From: an uncultured bacterium
GTDB lineage: Bacteria > Babelota > Babeliae > Babelales > Babelaceae
Direction: 5' to 3'
Assembly: GCA_963722385.1 (NCBI GenBank)
Contig: CAVRKK010000001.1
Location: 256,001-320,000 of the forward strand
DNA length: 64,000 nucleotides
Under the pieces are notes generated by a model. The model was not told the DNA's origin, did not search any database, and saw nothing but the letters and a program-made list of their open reading frames with translations. Position 1 is the first letter of the stretch; every line of letters begins with the position of its first letter. Positions 31,678-41,145 of this stretch are shown here, piece by piece. The translations under genes were made by a program, and so were the position numbers.

Positions 31678-32427
31678 ATGATGGATAATTATCAAATGAT
31701 CGCTGGCATTGATGATGCAACTAAATGTCCCTGTATAGGGAGCATTTTCCTTGCGGGTGCAGTTGCTGATGAGACCACTATACATTCATGGCAGGAGATT
31801 GGGGTTAAAGATAGCAAGCTTATTGCGCGTAAAAAGAGAGAAGAATTAGCAGGGATCATAAAAGCAACTAGCCGCGCTTATCATGTTGACCAAATAACAC
31901 CTTCCATGATTGACGATAAGAGCTTTAATCTTAACGAGTGGGAGATGCTTATTGTTTTTAGGATAATTGAGGCATTGAGTCTATGTGAGCCTCAGCATAT
32001 TTATATTGATAACTGGGAGACCTCTCAAATTGGCTTTAATAAGCGTTATCAGTTTTTAATGAGTGATGCTGCTCAGTTTCGGCGAGCTGAAAAAAATATT
32101 ATATTGCAGCCAAGTCTGCTTGCTCAAGCGCCGGTGATTGCCGAGCATCGTGCCGATGAAAATTATACTATTGTAGGTGCTGCTTCTATATTAGCTAAAA
32201 CGGCTTCTGATGAGCAATATGATCACTATAAAAAAGAATATGGCGATTTTGGCAGCGGTAGTCCTGCCGATCCCAAGACGCGTCATTTTGTTTGGCAGCA
32301 TCGCCATAATCCTCCCCCTCTTATTCGTACAAGCTGGCATACATACAAAACGCTTTCTCTTCTATCACGTATAGAAGACGATCACCTTTATAAACCTAAA
32401 AACTATGCATTGACTGAGCGGTTGTAG
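31678..32427 (+). CDS. rnhB: divergent ribonuclease HII (archaeal/eukaryotic type)
   Basis: AGIDDA, GVKDSK, YID, EHRADE...VGAASILAK, DFGSGSPADPKT, IRTSW. Confidence 0.8.
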   Translation: MMDNYQMIAGIDDATKCPCIGSIFLAGAVADETTIHSWQEIGVKDSKLIARKKREELAGIIKATSRAYHVDQITPSMIDDKSFNLNEWEMLIVFRIIEALSLCEPQHIYIDNWETSQIGFNKRYQFLMSDAAQFRRAEKNIILQPSLLAQAPVIAEHRADENYTIVGAASILAKTASDEQYDHYKKEYGDFGSGSPADPKTRHFVWQHRHNPPPLIRTSWHTYKTLSLLSRIEDDHLYKPKNYALTERL

Positions 32428-32559
32428 CTTTCCGCACTCATACTATTTGATCTTCATTGACTTATTTACCTGTTAGTCTATTCTATTTAAATTGGTATTC
32501 CAGTAGATAGCTCTATCCTACGCTTATTTTGAAATAATTTAATGAGGTTGTTGTTGCTT

Positions 32560-34317
32560 ATGAGATTTGTTGCCTTATTTCTTATTAGTATAATTTTATA
32601 TGGTGCTTCTACTGACGCGATGGAAAGTACGGACCCTTCGGAACAGCTTAGGCAAGCTATTGTTCGAAGTGACTTTGGGGCTGCTCGGCAGGCTTTTATG
32701 CGTGGAACAAATGTTCCTGCTATATTGAAAAGCATGGAGATTGCTGTTGTGGAAGAGTTTAAGCAAGCATTTGCTCGAGGTGACGTTAAGGCTGTTGAGT
32801 TGGCTATCATGCGTGGAGCGGCTATGCCCGCTATAGTGCAAAGCGATGAAGCCATACGAGGGTGGTATGGTAGTCCTTTGATTAATGTTGCTGCCCGTAT
32901 TGGCAATGGTGAATTAGTGCTGCTTCTCTGTGAGCATGGTGCCGATATCAATTCTTGTGAGTTCGAGGTTTTCCATTATGGGAAGCATATTGAATCGACA
33001 TCGGTGATAATGGCTTTTTTGATGGCGGAGCTCAATGGTACTGAAAGCGTCGAGGAGCAATGGAAGCAACGAAAATATTGGCTTAACCGTGTCTTAATGC
33101 GTGGAGCTCAATTAAATATTGATGCGGAAATGCCCATTCAATTATTGCGACACCCTTTGAAAGAAAAATGCTTGCGATGGCTTTTCAGACATGGATATCG
33201 ATTAAAGCCTGGCAATATACCTAATACCTTTATTCGTCAAGCAGTAGAAGATGCTTATGAAGATTTTCCTTTTTTGGCACTTGTTGTTCTTAGATCTTCT
33301 GGTACAGCGAAGATGTTTAATGAGATGCTTTATTTTTTTGAGCAAGGTGATGATTCCGAAGTTGATGCTAAAGAAAAAGCGAAGACTTATAAAACATTGA
33401 TAATATTGGCGACGGCACAGCGAGATCGAATATTAGGCAAAATTTTGGATTCGTTAATAGTTAATGATATCCCAGAAAAAATTTTACTGAAGGCGCTTGT
33501 TATTGCAGCGCTTATTGGGAAAAGGGGGAGCTTCGGCTCATTATATCAAAAGTATATTGACAGAAGGCTTAAGCAATCAAATAAAGAATATATTGAGAGA
33601 GCGCTGAAGAAAGAGAATGAAAATGCTAAAGACAGAATGCTTGAGCAAGCGGATAGATTGGAACTGCTTGTCAGTGTGGAGGAAGTGAGGGCTTTAAGCC
33701 AAGCGCTTGGGTATGCCGACGCTCATGGACATGAGAATCTCATTGCTTTTTTAAATATCAAGATTAACGAATTGTTTATCAAATTAGTAATGAAAAGAAA
33801 TCCAGCCTATACTATAATTTTAGATAAATCGGGCGATTTTCTGGAACAAAAAACTCTTCAGAAAGCATTTGATATTGCTATCAAAGCTGGAAATTGCGAG
33901 ATAGTTAGAAATATTACTCGGTATGCTCATAATACGATAATGGCAAATGAAGACGAATGGCATGCTACCATCGTAACAGCTCTTAAGCATGTCATTGTTT
34001 ATGGGCCTGCCATACTTATTACGCAACTTTTACTAGCAGTGCCTTCTCATGTAGTAATTCCTGTCTTTGAACAATTGTACGTAGAACTCGCATCTTCTAA
34101 TCAAGCGACATCCAAAGGATGGCAGACTGCGCTGATGAGAGTCATACAGGATGCAAGCTCACAGTATTCGGCAGAGAATGAGCCGGAACCTCTATCATTT
34201 GATGTATCGTCCCAGCTAGCAAGGTTGATCGGTTTTTTGCCTCCACAAGCGCTTCCCATACTTTTCCATATTCTCATTGGCTCATGGGAGCGATGCAAAA
34301 GGAACTCAGATTTTTAG
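32560..34317 (+). CDS. secreted ankyrin-repeat protein
   Basis: Signal peptide + MES; SPLINVAARIGNGELVLLLCEHGADIN; C-terminal FLPPQALPILFHIL. Confidence 0.8.
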   Translation: MRFVALFLISIILYGASTDAMESTDPSEQLRQAIVRSDFGAARQAFMRGTNVPAILKSMEIAVVEEFKQAFARGDVKAVELAIMRGAAMPAIVQSDEAIRGWYGSPLINVAARIGNGELVLLLCEHGADINSCEFEVFHYGKHIESTSVIMAFLMAELNGTESVEEQWKQRKYWLNRVLMRGAQLNIDAEMPIQLLRHPLKEKCLRWLFRHGYRLKPGNIPNTFIRQAVEDAYEDFPFLALVVLRSSGTAKMFNEMLYFFEQGDDSEVDAKEKAKTYKTLIILATAQRDRILGKILDSLIVNDIPEKILLKALVIAALIGKRGSFGSLYQKYIDRRLKQSNKEYIERALKKENENAKDRMLEQADRLELLVSVEEVRALSQALGYADAHGHENLIAFLNIKINELFIKLVMKRNPAYTIILDKSGDFLEQKTLQKAFDIAIKAGNCEIVRNITRYAHNTIMANEDEWHATIVTALKHVIVYGPAILITQLLLAVPSHVVIPVFEQLYVELASSNQATSKGWQTALMRVIQDASSQYSAENEPEPLSFDVSSQLARLIGFLPPQALPILFHILIGSWERCKRNSDF

Positions 34318-34526
34318 TTTATAAGAAAGATCAAGCAGCGCTGTCGCAAGCCTTTTGAGTCAAGAAAGTTATCACAGCTCGTATATTGTTTCAGCTAAAT
34401 TTACTAAATTATGTAGGAAATCAAGCTATCTTTCTCAAATAGTTAACATTATCGCCATAGAGATGCCTACCTCGCCTAAAAGCCGGCAAGTCTTTCCCAA
34501 GGCTTTTTTCTGATGCGGAAAGGATG

Positions 34527-35693
34527 CTAAGATAATAAGAAGCTGGTTTGTGCTGTTATTTGTATATTAAGCGGCTGAATAGTTAACCATTGGGCTGGTC
34601 TATTTTCTTCATTCACATGCCCAGCAAGTATACCATACATATAAGCATATCTTATTTCAGCATCTGCTTCTATATTCCACAAAGACACTAATTGCGATAA
34701 GGCTGGATAGACAGAAAGGTTGAGCGAATGCTCGCTATCAAGGTTCAGCAAATATCTAACCATATTCTCATTTCCTTGCACTGATGCTGTTATAAGTGCC
34801 TGCTCTAGAATTCTACGGCAATCGGTTTCTTTTATTATTCGCTCTATTAAGGCCATAAAGGTAGCAAACTGCTTTTGAATGATTGCAGCTTGAAGAGCGA
34901 ATTCCATGCCATGCCTGCTCATAGGAAAGCTATTAAGGATCAAATTAAGCATGTCTAAATTTCCATTTGCTGCGACAAGGTCAAGCGCCGAATCTGCTAA
35001 TGCGGTAGGTGAAGCGAATTGGTTATTCGGTAATTGGGCAATAAGGTCCCGAGCTTCATCGAGCTGATCACAAAGAAGGCTATAAAAAAGAGGACGAAAC
35101 TTCATATACTGTGTTAACAAAGGATAGCCCTCAGATTCCACCATAGCGATTAAAGTCTTTCTATTTTCTTCGCTTAAAGTTCCGTGCTCTAGCAGCCAAA
35201 TGAGCGCAGAAGCTGCGCGAATACAATCCTCGCTATCTCTAGGGGAACTTTGATCTGCCCATTTATATGCCTCCCTAAGCGAAGCAAACGCTAAAGCAAC
35301 CATTTCATCGTAATTATCAATGAGATTTCCCCCTCGCTCAACCAGGGCATTAAGGAAAGCACCGTCACCATATACGGCGCTTGCTCGCATTATTTCACCA
35401 GTGATGCTCGCTCCATTCTTAAGTAGAATATGAGCAGCCTTTAAATTATTTTGAAGTAGGCCCAGCAAATCGTTCTTAAACTCGACGACCTCAAGTAAAT
35501 CGGATTCTTGTTCCTCCATCAGATTTGTGCTATTAGGGGGAAGAATAAACCTACATTGAGTACGACTGGTCGGTACGCTTGCTGTTTTATTTTGATCTTG
35601 GGCTGGATATTTTTTTGTTCTTCCACTTTGAGCAGAAAAAGGCATGAGTAAAGAAAAACTAAATAAAATAATATGTACGGCCGAGTATATCAT
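34527..35693 (-). CDS. secreted ankyrin-like repeat protein
   Basis: Signal peptide; ALDLVAANGNLDML and ALITASVQGNENMVRYLL repeats. Confidence 0.75.
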   Translation of the reverse strand: MIYSAVHIILFSFSLLMPFSAQSGRTKKYPAQDQNKTASVPTSRTQCRFILPPNSTNLMEEQESDLLEVVEFKNDLLGLLQNNLKAAHILLKNGASITGEIMRASAVYGDGAFLNALVERGGNLIDNYDEMVALAFASLREAYKWADQSSPRDSEDCIRAASALIWLLEHGTLSEENRKTLIAMVESEGYPLLTQYMKFRPLFYSLLCDQLDEARDLIAQLPNNQFASPTALADSALDLVAANGNLDMLNLILNSFPMSRHGMEFALQAAIIQKQFATFMALIERIIKETDCRRILEQALITASVQGNENMVRYLLNLDSEHSLNLSVYPALSQLVSLWNIEADAEIRYAYMYGILAGHVNEENRPAQWLTIQPLNIQITAQTSFLLS

Positions 35694-36841
35694 TGTTCCT
35701 CCGAAAAGGCATGGAAACTGGGCTCTTTAGAGCGCAGAGGAAATACCCTGTTAAAACTAAAACTATAACCATGAGCAGCTGAAATGATTTTACAGAAGCG
35801 GTAACTAATCCCCTGAACTGTTTTGGAAGGGGTAACAATATTAAAAGAACCGCTTGTTCTGATAGCAACCTTACCGAGGTATTTCCCTTTCTTTTTACCG
35901 TGTGGTACGCGAGCACAAATAATATCGCCTGTTTGAAACCCAAAACATTTTTTGGCAGATTTTGCGCTAGTACGAGGAAAACCATACTTATCTACTCTAC
36001 ACATTTGTCGGCTACCATGACCTATTGCTTTTATCAGGAGCGGATTAACATGATTCACCATGAGCTGCGATGGTGTAGATGCACCAACACAAGCAGCATC
36101 GAGCCAATGAGCCTTCGGTAAGTTTTGCAGATTTCTATTATATTTAGTTCTTCCACCGGTACCTGTTTCTACGGGTAAGCCGAGAGAACATAACGCATGG
36201 TAAAGATGCCAACGAACGCTATTCATCGCCGCGGCGTCTCTCAGTGACGTCTTGCCTAACTCATGTACTTCAGGATGACCAAATTCTTGCACAGTCTTAT
36301 TGCCTTTTGCCTGATTGCATGAAGTACACGCCAGAGTGAAATTTGAAATACGACTGCTACCTCCTCTGCTCTTTGGTATTATATGCTCTATTTCAAGAGG
36401 GATCCCAGATTTTTTACAATAGACGCAAGATCGGTGAAACTTTTCGAGCAAATACTCGCGAACTTCATAGCCAGCCAAGGTTCCTTGTTGATATTCGACA
36501 CCCGTAATATGGGCATTTTGCATAAGCTGCGTATCGAAACGTACCAATTCCTGGCTAATAGCGCCGATAGGACAATAACGTATAAGCTTATGGACCCATG
36601 TTATGGTATTATCTATCCTACTCTGCAATGAAGGGGCAAGCCAGCCGGCAGGCCGAGTTCTATTATCAAATCGAGATTGGCGATATCGCGTCTTTCTATT
36701 CCTTCTGCTTCTACGGAGACTTCCTCTTGCAAGAAGTTGATCGCGAATGGTGTTTCCTCTGTGCTCAATCTCTGCCGCAAAGGCTACTTGGCAGGGGTTA
36801 CAGGGTTGCTTATTCTTGTCTACGACAAACACTAAGGACAT
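35690..36841 (-). CDS. iscB: RNA-guided endonuclease IscB with internal N-terminal deletion
   Basis: AGGAG SD; VFVVDKNKQPCNPC, RRSRRNRKTRYR..RFDNR bridge helix, ELVRFD, CVYC..EHIIP.SRGG..N HNH, HWLDAAC. The RuvC-I DPG segment is absent. Confidence 0.88.
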   Translation of the reverse strand: MSLVFVVDKNKQPCNPCQVAFAAEIEHRGNTIRDQLLARGSLRRSRRNRKTRYRQSRFDNRTRPAGWLAPSLQSRIDNTITWVHKLIRYCPIGAISQELVRFDTQLMQNAHITGVEYQQGTLAGYEVREYLLEKFHRSCVYCKKSGIPLEIEHIIPKSRGGSSRISNFTLACTSCNQAKGNKTVQEFGHPEVHELGKTSLRDAAAMNSVRWHLYHALCSLGLPVETGTGGRTKYNRNLQNLPKAHWLDAACVGASTPSQLMVNHVNPLLIKAIGHGSRQMCRVDKYGFPRTSAKSAKKCFGFQTGDIICARVPHGKKKGKYLGKVAIRTSGSFNIVTPSKTVQGISYRFCKIISAAHGYSFSFNRVFPLRSKEPSFHAFSEEQ

Positions 36842-37193
36842 GACACTCCTAAAAATCTCCCCATAGGGGGTAAAGTTTGCCTCGCTCATGTTATAAGGCG
36901 GCGTATCTAAAAAGCACTGACTTAAACCCTCGGTCTGTTTAACCCTTTAGTTACAGAGCTTGGTCCGGCCTTCGTAGCCACATTACCAGCTAGAATCTGG
37001 TTTACAGCAAACTTCGGCGGAGTAGGCAACTGGCAACCCCCTTCGCTAAAGCTTCGGAGGTCAGGCGCATCCCAAGGTGTGATCTTAAGCCCTTCCTTAT
37101 AACGTAGCCGTCTTCGCTCAAGAGCTACATCGGCTAAAGCTGGTCAACCCGGGCTTCTACAAGCCGCGGCCTAAAGGCCGCTGGTTAGTTGAC
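35694..37193 (-). mobile_element. IS200/IS605-family IscB element (OMEGA), non-autonomous
   Basis: Begins GTCAAC..GCGGCCTTTAGGCCGC hairpin on the minus strand, then omega-RNA and iscB. Ends with a TTCCTCTGCGCTCTAAAGAGC..TTTCC hairpin before ATGA. No tnpA. Confidence 0.85.
36850..37193 (-). ncRNA. omega-RNA (HEARO-like) scaffold of IscB
   Basis: Blocks in canonical order: GTTGACCAGC, CTACGTT, ACACCTTGGGATGC, GCCAGTT, AGCTCTG, TTAAACAG, CAGTG, AACATGAGCGAGG. Confidence 0.85.
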
Positions 37194-37333
37194 TGAAGTT
37201 CCTAACTTACTAAAAATCACTTGCCAACGACTTGCTCCCCAAGATAACAAATGGCAAAAAAAACGTCAAAAGGAAAAAAATGATAACCTAGCTTTGTTAC
37301 AGCTGAGGAAATGTCACCAAGAGGCAGGAAACC

Positions 37334-37598
37334 ATGAAAGTGAAAATGAGCTCTTCTGGGCAAGAAGCGAAGGAACTTAAAATCGGAGGAACCTATGAGC
37401 ATTATAAAGGAAATCGCTATAAAATTATCATAATAGCTCGCCATGCCGAAACATTGGGAGGAGCATGTTGTTTACCAAGATCTTAGAGAAGCCCAAAAAA
37501 TATGGATTCGCCCTCTTAAGGTATTTCAAGAGGAAGTGCTGCGAGAAGGCCTAAGCATTCCAAGATTTCGGTATCTACAGAAGGAGCTATCCGAATAA
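37334..37598 (+). pseudogene. DUF1653 family protein, frameshifted
   Basis: GGTYEHYKGNRY..ARHAETL, then after a +1 shift near 37457, EEHVVYQ..WIRP..F..PRF. Confidence 0.8.
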
Positions 37599-37699
37599 AT
37601 TTTGCTTAAGAGTTCCAAAAGAAAGCGTAGAGGTTATCTTTACCAAGCGCCCAGTTTGCCAAGAGGTCATTGTTCGTCCTTTCACGGCCTCAGCATTTA

Positions 37700-38299
37700 T
37701 TAACGTCCAAGGCGTATGGGGGCGGATTTCCGGCGTTCAGTAAAGCGCCATAATACCTCCTTATTCTTGCTTATCCCAATACGCGGAGTTGCTGTAAATC
37801 TCACGGGTTTCATTGGATCCAGGACATAGAGTCTGCTTGTGATACTTGTTATGTCCAACCCATTATCAGTAAGTGTAATGCCAAATGCTTGCCCTACTTT
37901 GCCAGGACCATTGGTTAAGTTTCGTAATACCAAAATTCCTCGTTTTTCTTGCATTTCTTCTATGCCTTCAATTGGTTGAACAGCTCTTATAAGCACTCCT
38001 CCAGCCGGCACATCTGGAGGATGTGCTACAAGATTAAGGCAGGTATGTAGGCCATAGATAAGGTAGACATATGCAGAACCCGACGGGCCAAAGAGGGCTG
38101 CATTTCGAGGAGTTTTTCCACGTGCAGCATGACTTGCTGGGTCACTTAACCCACAATAGGCTTCAGTCTCAATAATGTAACCGCTCAAACGCTTATCGGA
38201 AACTGGGTCTTCATGAACAAGAATTTTGCCTAAAAGTTGACGCGCAACAGCCACTGTGTCGCGCTCAAAAAAAAAGGCTTGTAGCCGCTGCATAAGCAA
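37700..38299 (-). CDS. mpg: DNA-3-methyladenine glycosylase (MPG/AAG family)
   Basis: IIETEAY, DPASHA, AYVYLIYG, GVLIRA, GPGK, TPRIGIS, WRF. Confidence 0.93.
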   Translation of the reverse strand: MLMQRLQAFFFERDTVAVARQLLGKILVHEDPVSDKRLSGYIIETEAYCGLSDPASHAARGKTPRNAALFGPSGSAYVYLIYGLHTCLNLVAHPPDVPAGGVLIRAVQPIEGIEEMQEKRGILVLRNLTNGPGKVGQAFGITLTDNGLDITSITSRLYVLDPMKPVRFTATPRIGISKNKEVLWRFTERRKSAPIRLGR

Positions 38300-38549
38300 A
38301 GCCCTTTCTTATTGGACAATCTTGCTTTGAGTGTAGCTAAAACATCTTAGGGCAGCAATGGAATCTTCGCAGGGACGTTATGGATTTTTCAAGGAGTTAA
38401 TTTTGAAGAAAAGAATAATCTTGAAAATTATAAGTACTTGCTAAAAGCAAATGTGAATGGTTATCATACAGGTAACTAACCAACTATTGGTTGCTGCGTC
38501 ATACGCACATTTATTGAAAAGATTACACACCTAAAATAGGAGCTTGCTT

Positions 38550-39218
38550 ATGCTTACAAGATACAACCCATTCTACTTCACTGCACTACTTGTTATACTG
38601 CAACCAGTGTATGCCGGGGTTGACTTTGCTGCAGTTACATTGCCAGCAGCTATACAAAAGGAAATGAGTAATATACAAGCTTACATAGAGCATAGAGCAA
38701 AAGGAGCAACCTTTGTCCCTCAAAGTAAAAAAAACATGCATATCACGCTAAAAGAGTTAACTGTACTCAACAATAAGCAAAGAAATTCACTAAAGCCAGC
38801 TTTGGTCAAGGTTGCTCATAAGTTTAAGCCGTTTAATATTAAGAACGCGGTTAACAAAGGGAAGTTAAAAATCTCGGCTAAGGACGGCTTAACCACTCTT
38901 ACCTTAGCTCCTGACCAGTTGCTTACAAAACTTGCTTTTTCTATTCAGGCTGCTGCCAATGCCTTGGTTAAAGCAAAAAAAATACCGCCTATTTCTAAGC
39001 GTATTGATTTTCCCTTGCATGGCCATATTACTTTAGGGTACCTTATCAAATCACCAAAGACTTCTACGCAAGAATACAAAAAGCTTATCAAAAAACTGAC
39101 AAGTAATTTTAAAAATGCCGCTAACACTAAATTTATAGTCGATAAGTTTTCATTATTGCAATCTAATGCTCCCAAGTTACCCCGTGTCTACTATAATAAA
39201 GGATTTTTTCATTTTTAA
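38550..39218 (+). CDS. secreted 2H-phosphoesterase (2'-5' RNA ligase/ThpR-like)
   Basis: Signal peptide ending VYA; two HITL (HxT) motifs; LLQS...Y C-terminal strand. Confidence 0.75.
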   Translation: MLTRYNPFYFTALLVILQPVYAGVDFAAVTLPAAIQKEMSNIQAYIEHRAKGATFVPQSKKNMHITLKELTVLNNKQRNSLKPALVKVAHKFKPFNIKNAVNKGKLKISAKDGLTTLTLAPDQLLTKLAFSIQAAANALVKAKKIPPISKRIDFPLHGHITLGYLIKSPKTSTQEYKKLIKKLTSNFKNAANTKFIVDKFSLLQSNAPKLPRVYYNKGFFHF

Positions 39219-39337
39219 ATGCCGCAAAAGATAGAAAATGTGGCGAAGATTCCAGCCGCTCAAGCTCATCTTTTTGAGGAAGCCCGAGCATCCAATGGGA
39301 TGCAAAAGTAAGCATCTTTCTTTACTCTGATCCAAAA

Positions 39338-39379
39338 AAGCCCGCCCGCGCGCTCGTATAGGCTGTAGCGCGCGGGCTT
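39338..39379. terminator. GC-rich hairpin, probable terminator
   Basis: AAGCCCG(CCCG)CGCGCT...AGCGCGCGGGCTT preceded by an A-run (a U-tract on the minus strand). Confidence 0.55.
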
Positions 39380-39565
39380 AAGACTGTGCAATTAAAAGCA
39401 TGCTTGAAAAATCGTTAAAGATTTACTCATTGAATAGAAGTAGAATCCCTCGGTACAATAATCAAAACAGCACTGAGGGATCTTTCACGTAAACTTAAAT
39501 AAATTAAGCTCAAAATCATTCACCGGCCATGCCAGCAAAGAAAAACATTCTAAAAATTCTAACCA

Positions 39566-39904
39566 TTACCAGACCAAGCCTAAAATAGATCCCTTCGATA
39601 TAGGCGCAAAAACACGGCTATCATCATGCTGTGCGCTGAGATTGTCGGAGAGCACATATACATGACCAAGCGGAATCTGAAGCGGCTTAGAAATGGCATA
39701 ATTTCCCTGTTTCCAATCAGACCAGTTTCTGCGAATTGACGCATCTTGAAGTGCAACTCCATTCAAAATTAATTTATCTTCGTCAATTTGTATTGTATCT
39801 GTTTCCAGTGCTACAATTCGGGATATCCATACTTTTTCTTTATGATTGAATAAAACAATATCATTTACTCGATATCCTCGTAAATAGGGCAACGACCTAT
39901 TCAA
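39566..39904 (-). pseudogene. signal peptidase I (S26) C-terminal fragment
   Basis: DIVLF, IPLGHVYVLSDN...DDSR.F; the catalytic Ser region is missing and the usual KR reads SR. Confidence 0.65.
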
Positions 39905-39944
39905 AAAGCGTAGCTGCCTGTCACATTGATTATAGCATTGATAA

Positions 39945-40478
39945 TTATAGCGCAGGCATTTGCCTGGCCCTACCGGATTCCCACCACTTTTTTACATGCT
40001 TTTTTAAATGTCGAAAAAAGAATTCGAAATCCTGACGTTCCTTGGCATCTCGCCGCGTGAACCATCGCCGTCGTGCCGCTTGGCAATAACTGCAGGATAG
40101 GTCGATGTGTCTAAAAGCAATAGGCTCACCCATTTCATCATAGGCACATTGTTCTGAACCGAACGTATCCTCAGGACACTCACATTTCCCGCGCTTTTCA
40201 GTTCCCTCAAGTTTTTTATTCAGCTCATAATAAAAATTACTAAAACCAAAACACGCTAATAATTCCTCAGCTACTTTCATATCCCGAACGGTTTTTTCAT
40301 ATCCAAGATGCCGCTGATTTTTGTCGATTTCTTGCCGTATACGGCAAATTTTAAACCGCATAAGCTCAAAGAGGTAGGCTTGATCCCAATCTTCATCTCT
40401 CCATATCACAGGCAACCATGCAATAAGCCGCTTAAGCCTTCTGTATCCGCTTTGAAAATAATGCCATGGAAATTCCAT
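39945..40478 (-). CDS. hypothetical protein, phage-like, with CxC/CxxC
   Basis: GGGGGA SD; WLPVIWRDEDWD and KKWW motifs; no confident family. Confidence 0.5.
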   Translation of the reverse strand: MEFPWHYFQSGYRRLKRLIAWLPVIWRDEDWDQAYLFELMRFKICRIRQEIDKNQRHLGYEKTVRDMKVAEELLACFGFSNFYYELNKKLEGTEKRGKCECPEDTFGSEQCAYDEMGEPIAFRHIDLSCSYCQAARRRWFTRRDAKERQDFEFFFRHLKKHVKKWWESGRARQMPAL

Positions 40479-40514
40479 ATTCCCCCCATTAAGTTAAAAT
40501 TACATCTTTGGAAA

Positions 40515-40762
40515 CTACCAAAGTCTTTTTTGAGCAAAAGCATGTCCAGAACCCAATTTTAGACATTTTTCGAACGCTAGAGCTTTAGGTTTTTCATCAA
40601 AGCAAATATATGTTACTAGCTTCCAAGGCCTAAAATTAGCAGTATATATTGATGCGCCCGAATTATGTTTTTCCAATCGTTTCGTTGAACAAGATTAACT
40701 GTAGAACCTATATAGGTTTTTGTAGAGTCTTTTAAAGACCTGACTAGGTAAACGTAATACAT
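40515..40762 (-). pseudogene. small GIY-YIG nuclease, frameshifted
   Basis: MYYVYLVRS...TYIGST.NL.QR, then a 5-bp AACGA duplication; the shifted frame gives LEKHNSG..T...RPWKLV...AFEK.LK.GSG. Confidence 0.85.
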
Positions 40763-40924
40763 CACTGGTGCTCGAGTTCTGCTTTTGTTTTATTTATATA
40801 ACAAAAAAGCTTATAGATAACAAAGAATGGCTCTACTACGCTCTTTCAGAGCTACGAAGGGCATACTGCGCTCTACGCTTAGTGAAGAGTTCAGAAATTA
40901 TTAAACTAAATCGTTAGATATGAC

Positions 40925-40956
40925 CAGCCATACGTAGCTTTAGCGAAGTATGGCTG
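40925..40956. repeat. palindromic element with CTTCGCTAAAGCTACG core
   Basis: CAGCCATAC-GTAGCTTTAGCGAA-GTATGGCTG. Confidence 0.75.
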
Positions 40957-41145
40957 ACGTTGATCGATATGTTTAGGAACCGAGAAATCATGTTTGATTT
41001 TAGCTTAAGCAATATCCACGGGCTATTTTCCTCCTTTGAGCTAAAACTCTACATCTGAATAAATATTCTGCTGAACCAAGATACTCTTGTTTTGAACCCT
41101 ACATTAGGTTACAATAAATGTGACTTACTGTGGAGTTATTTTAGA

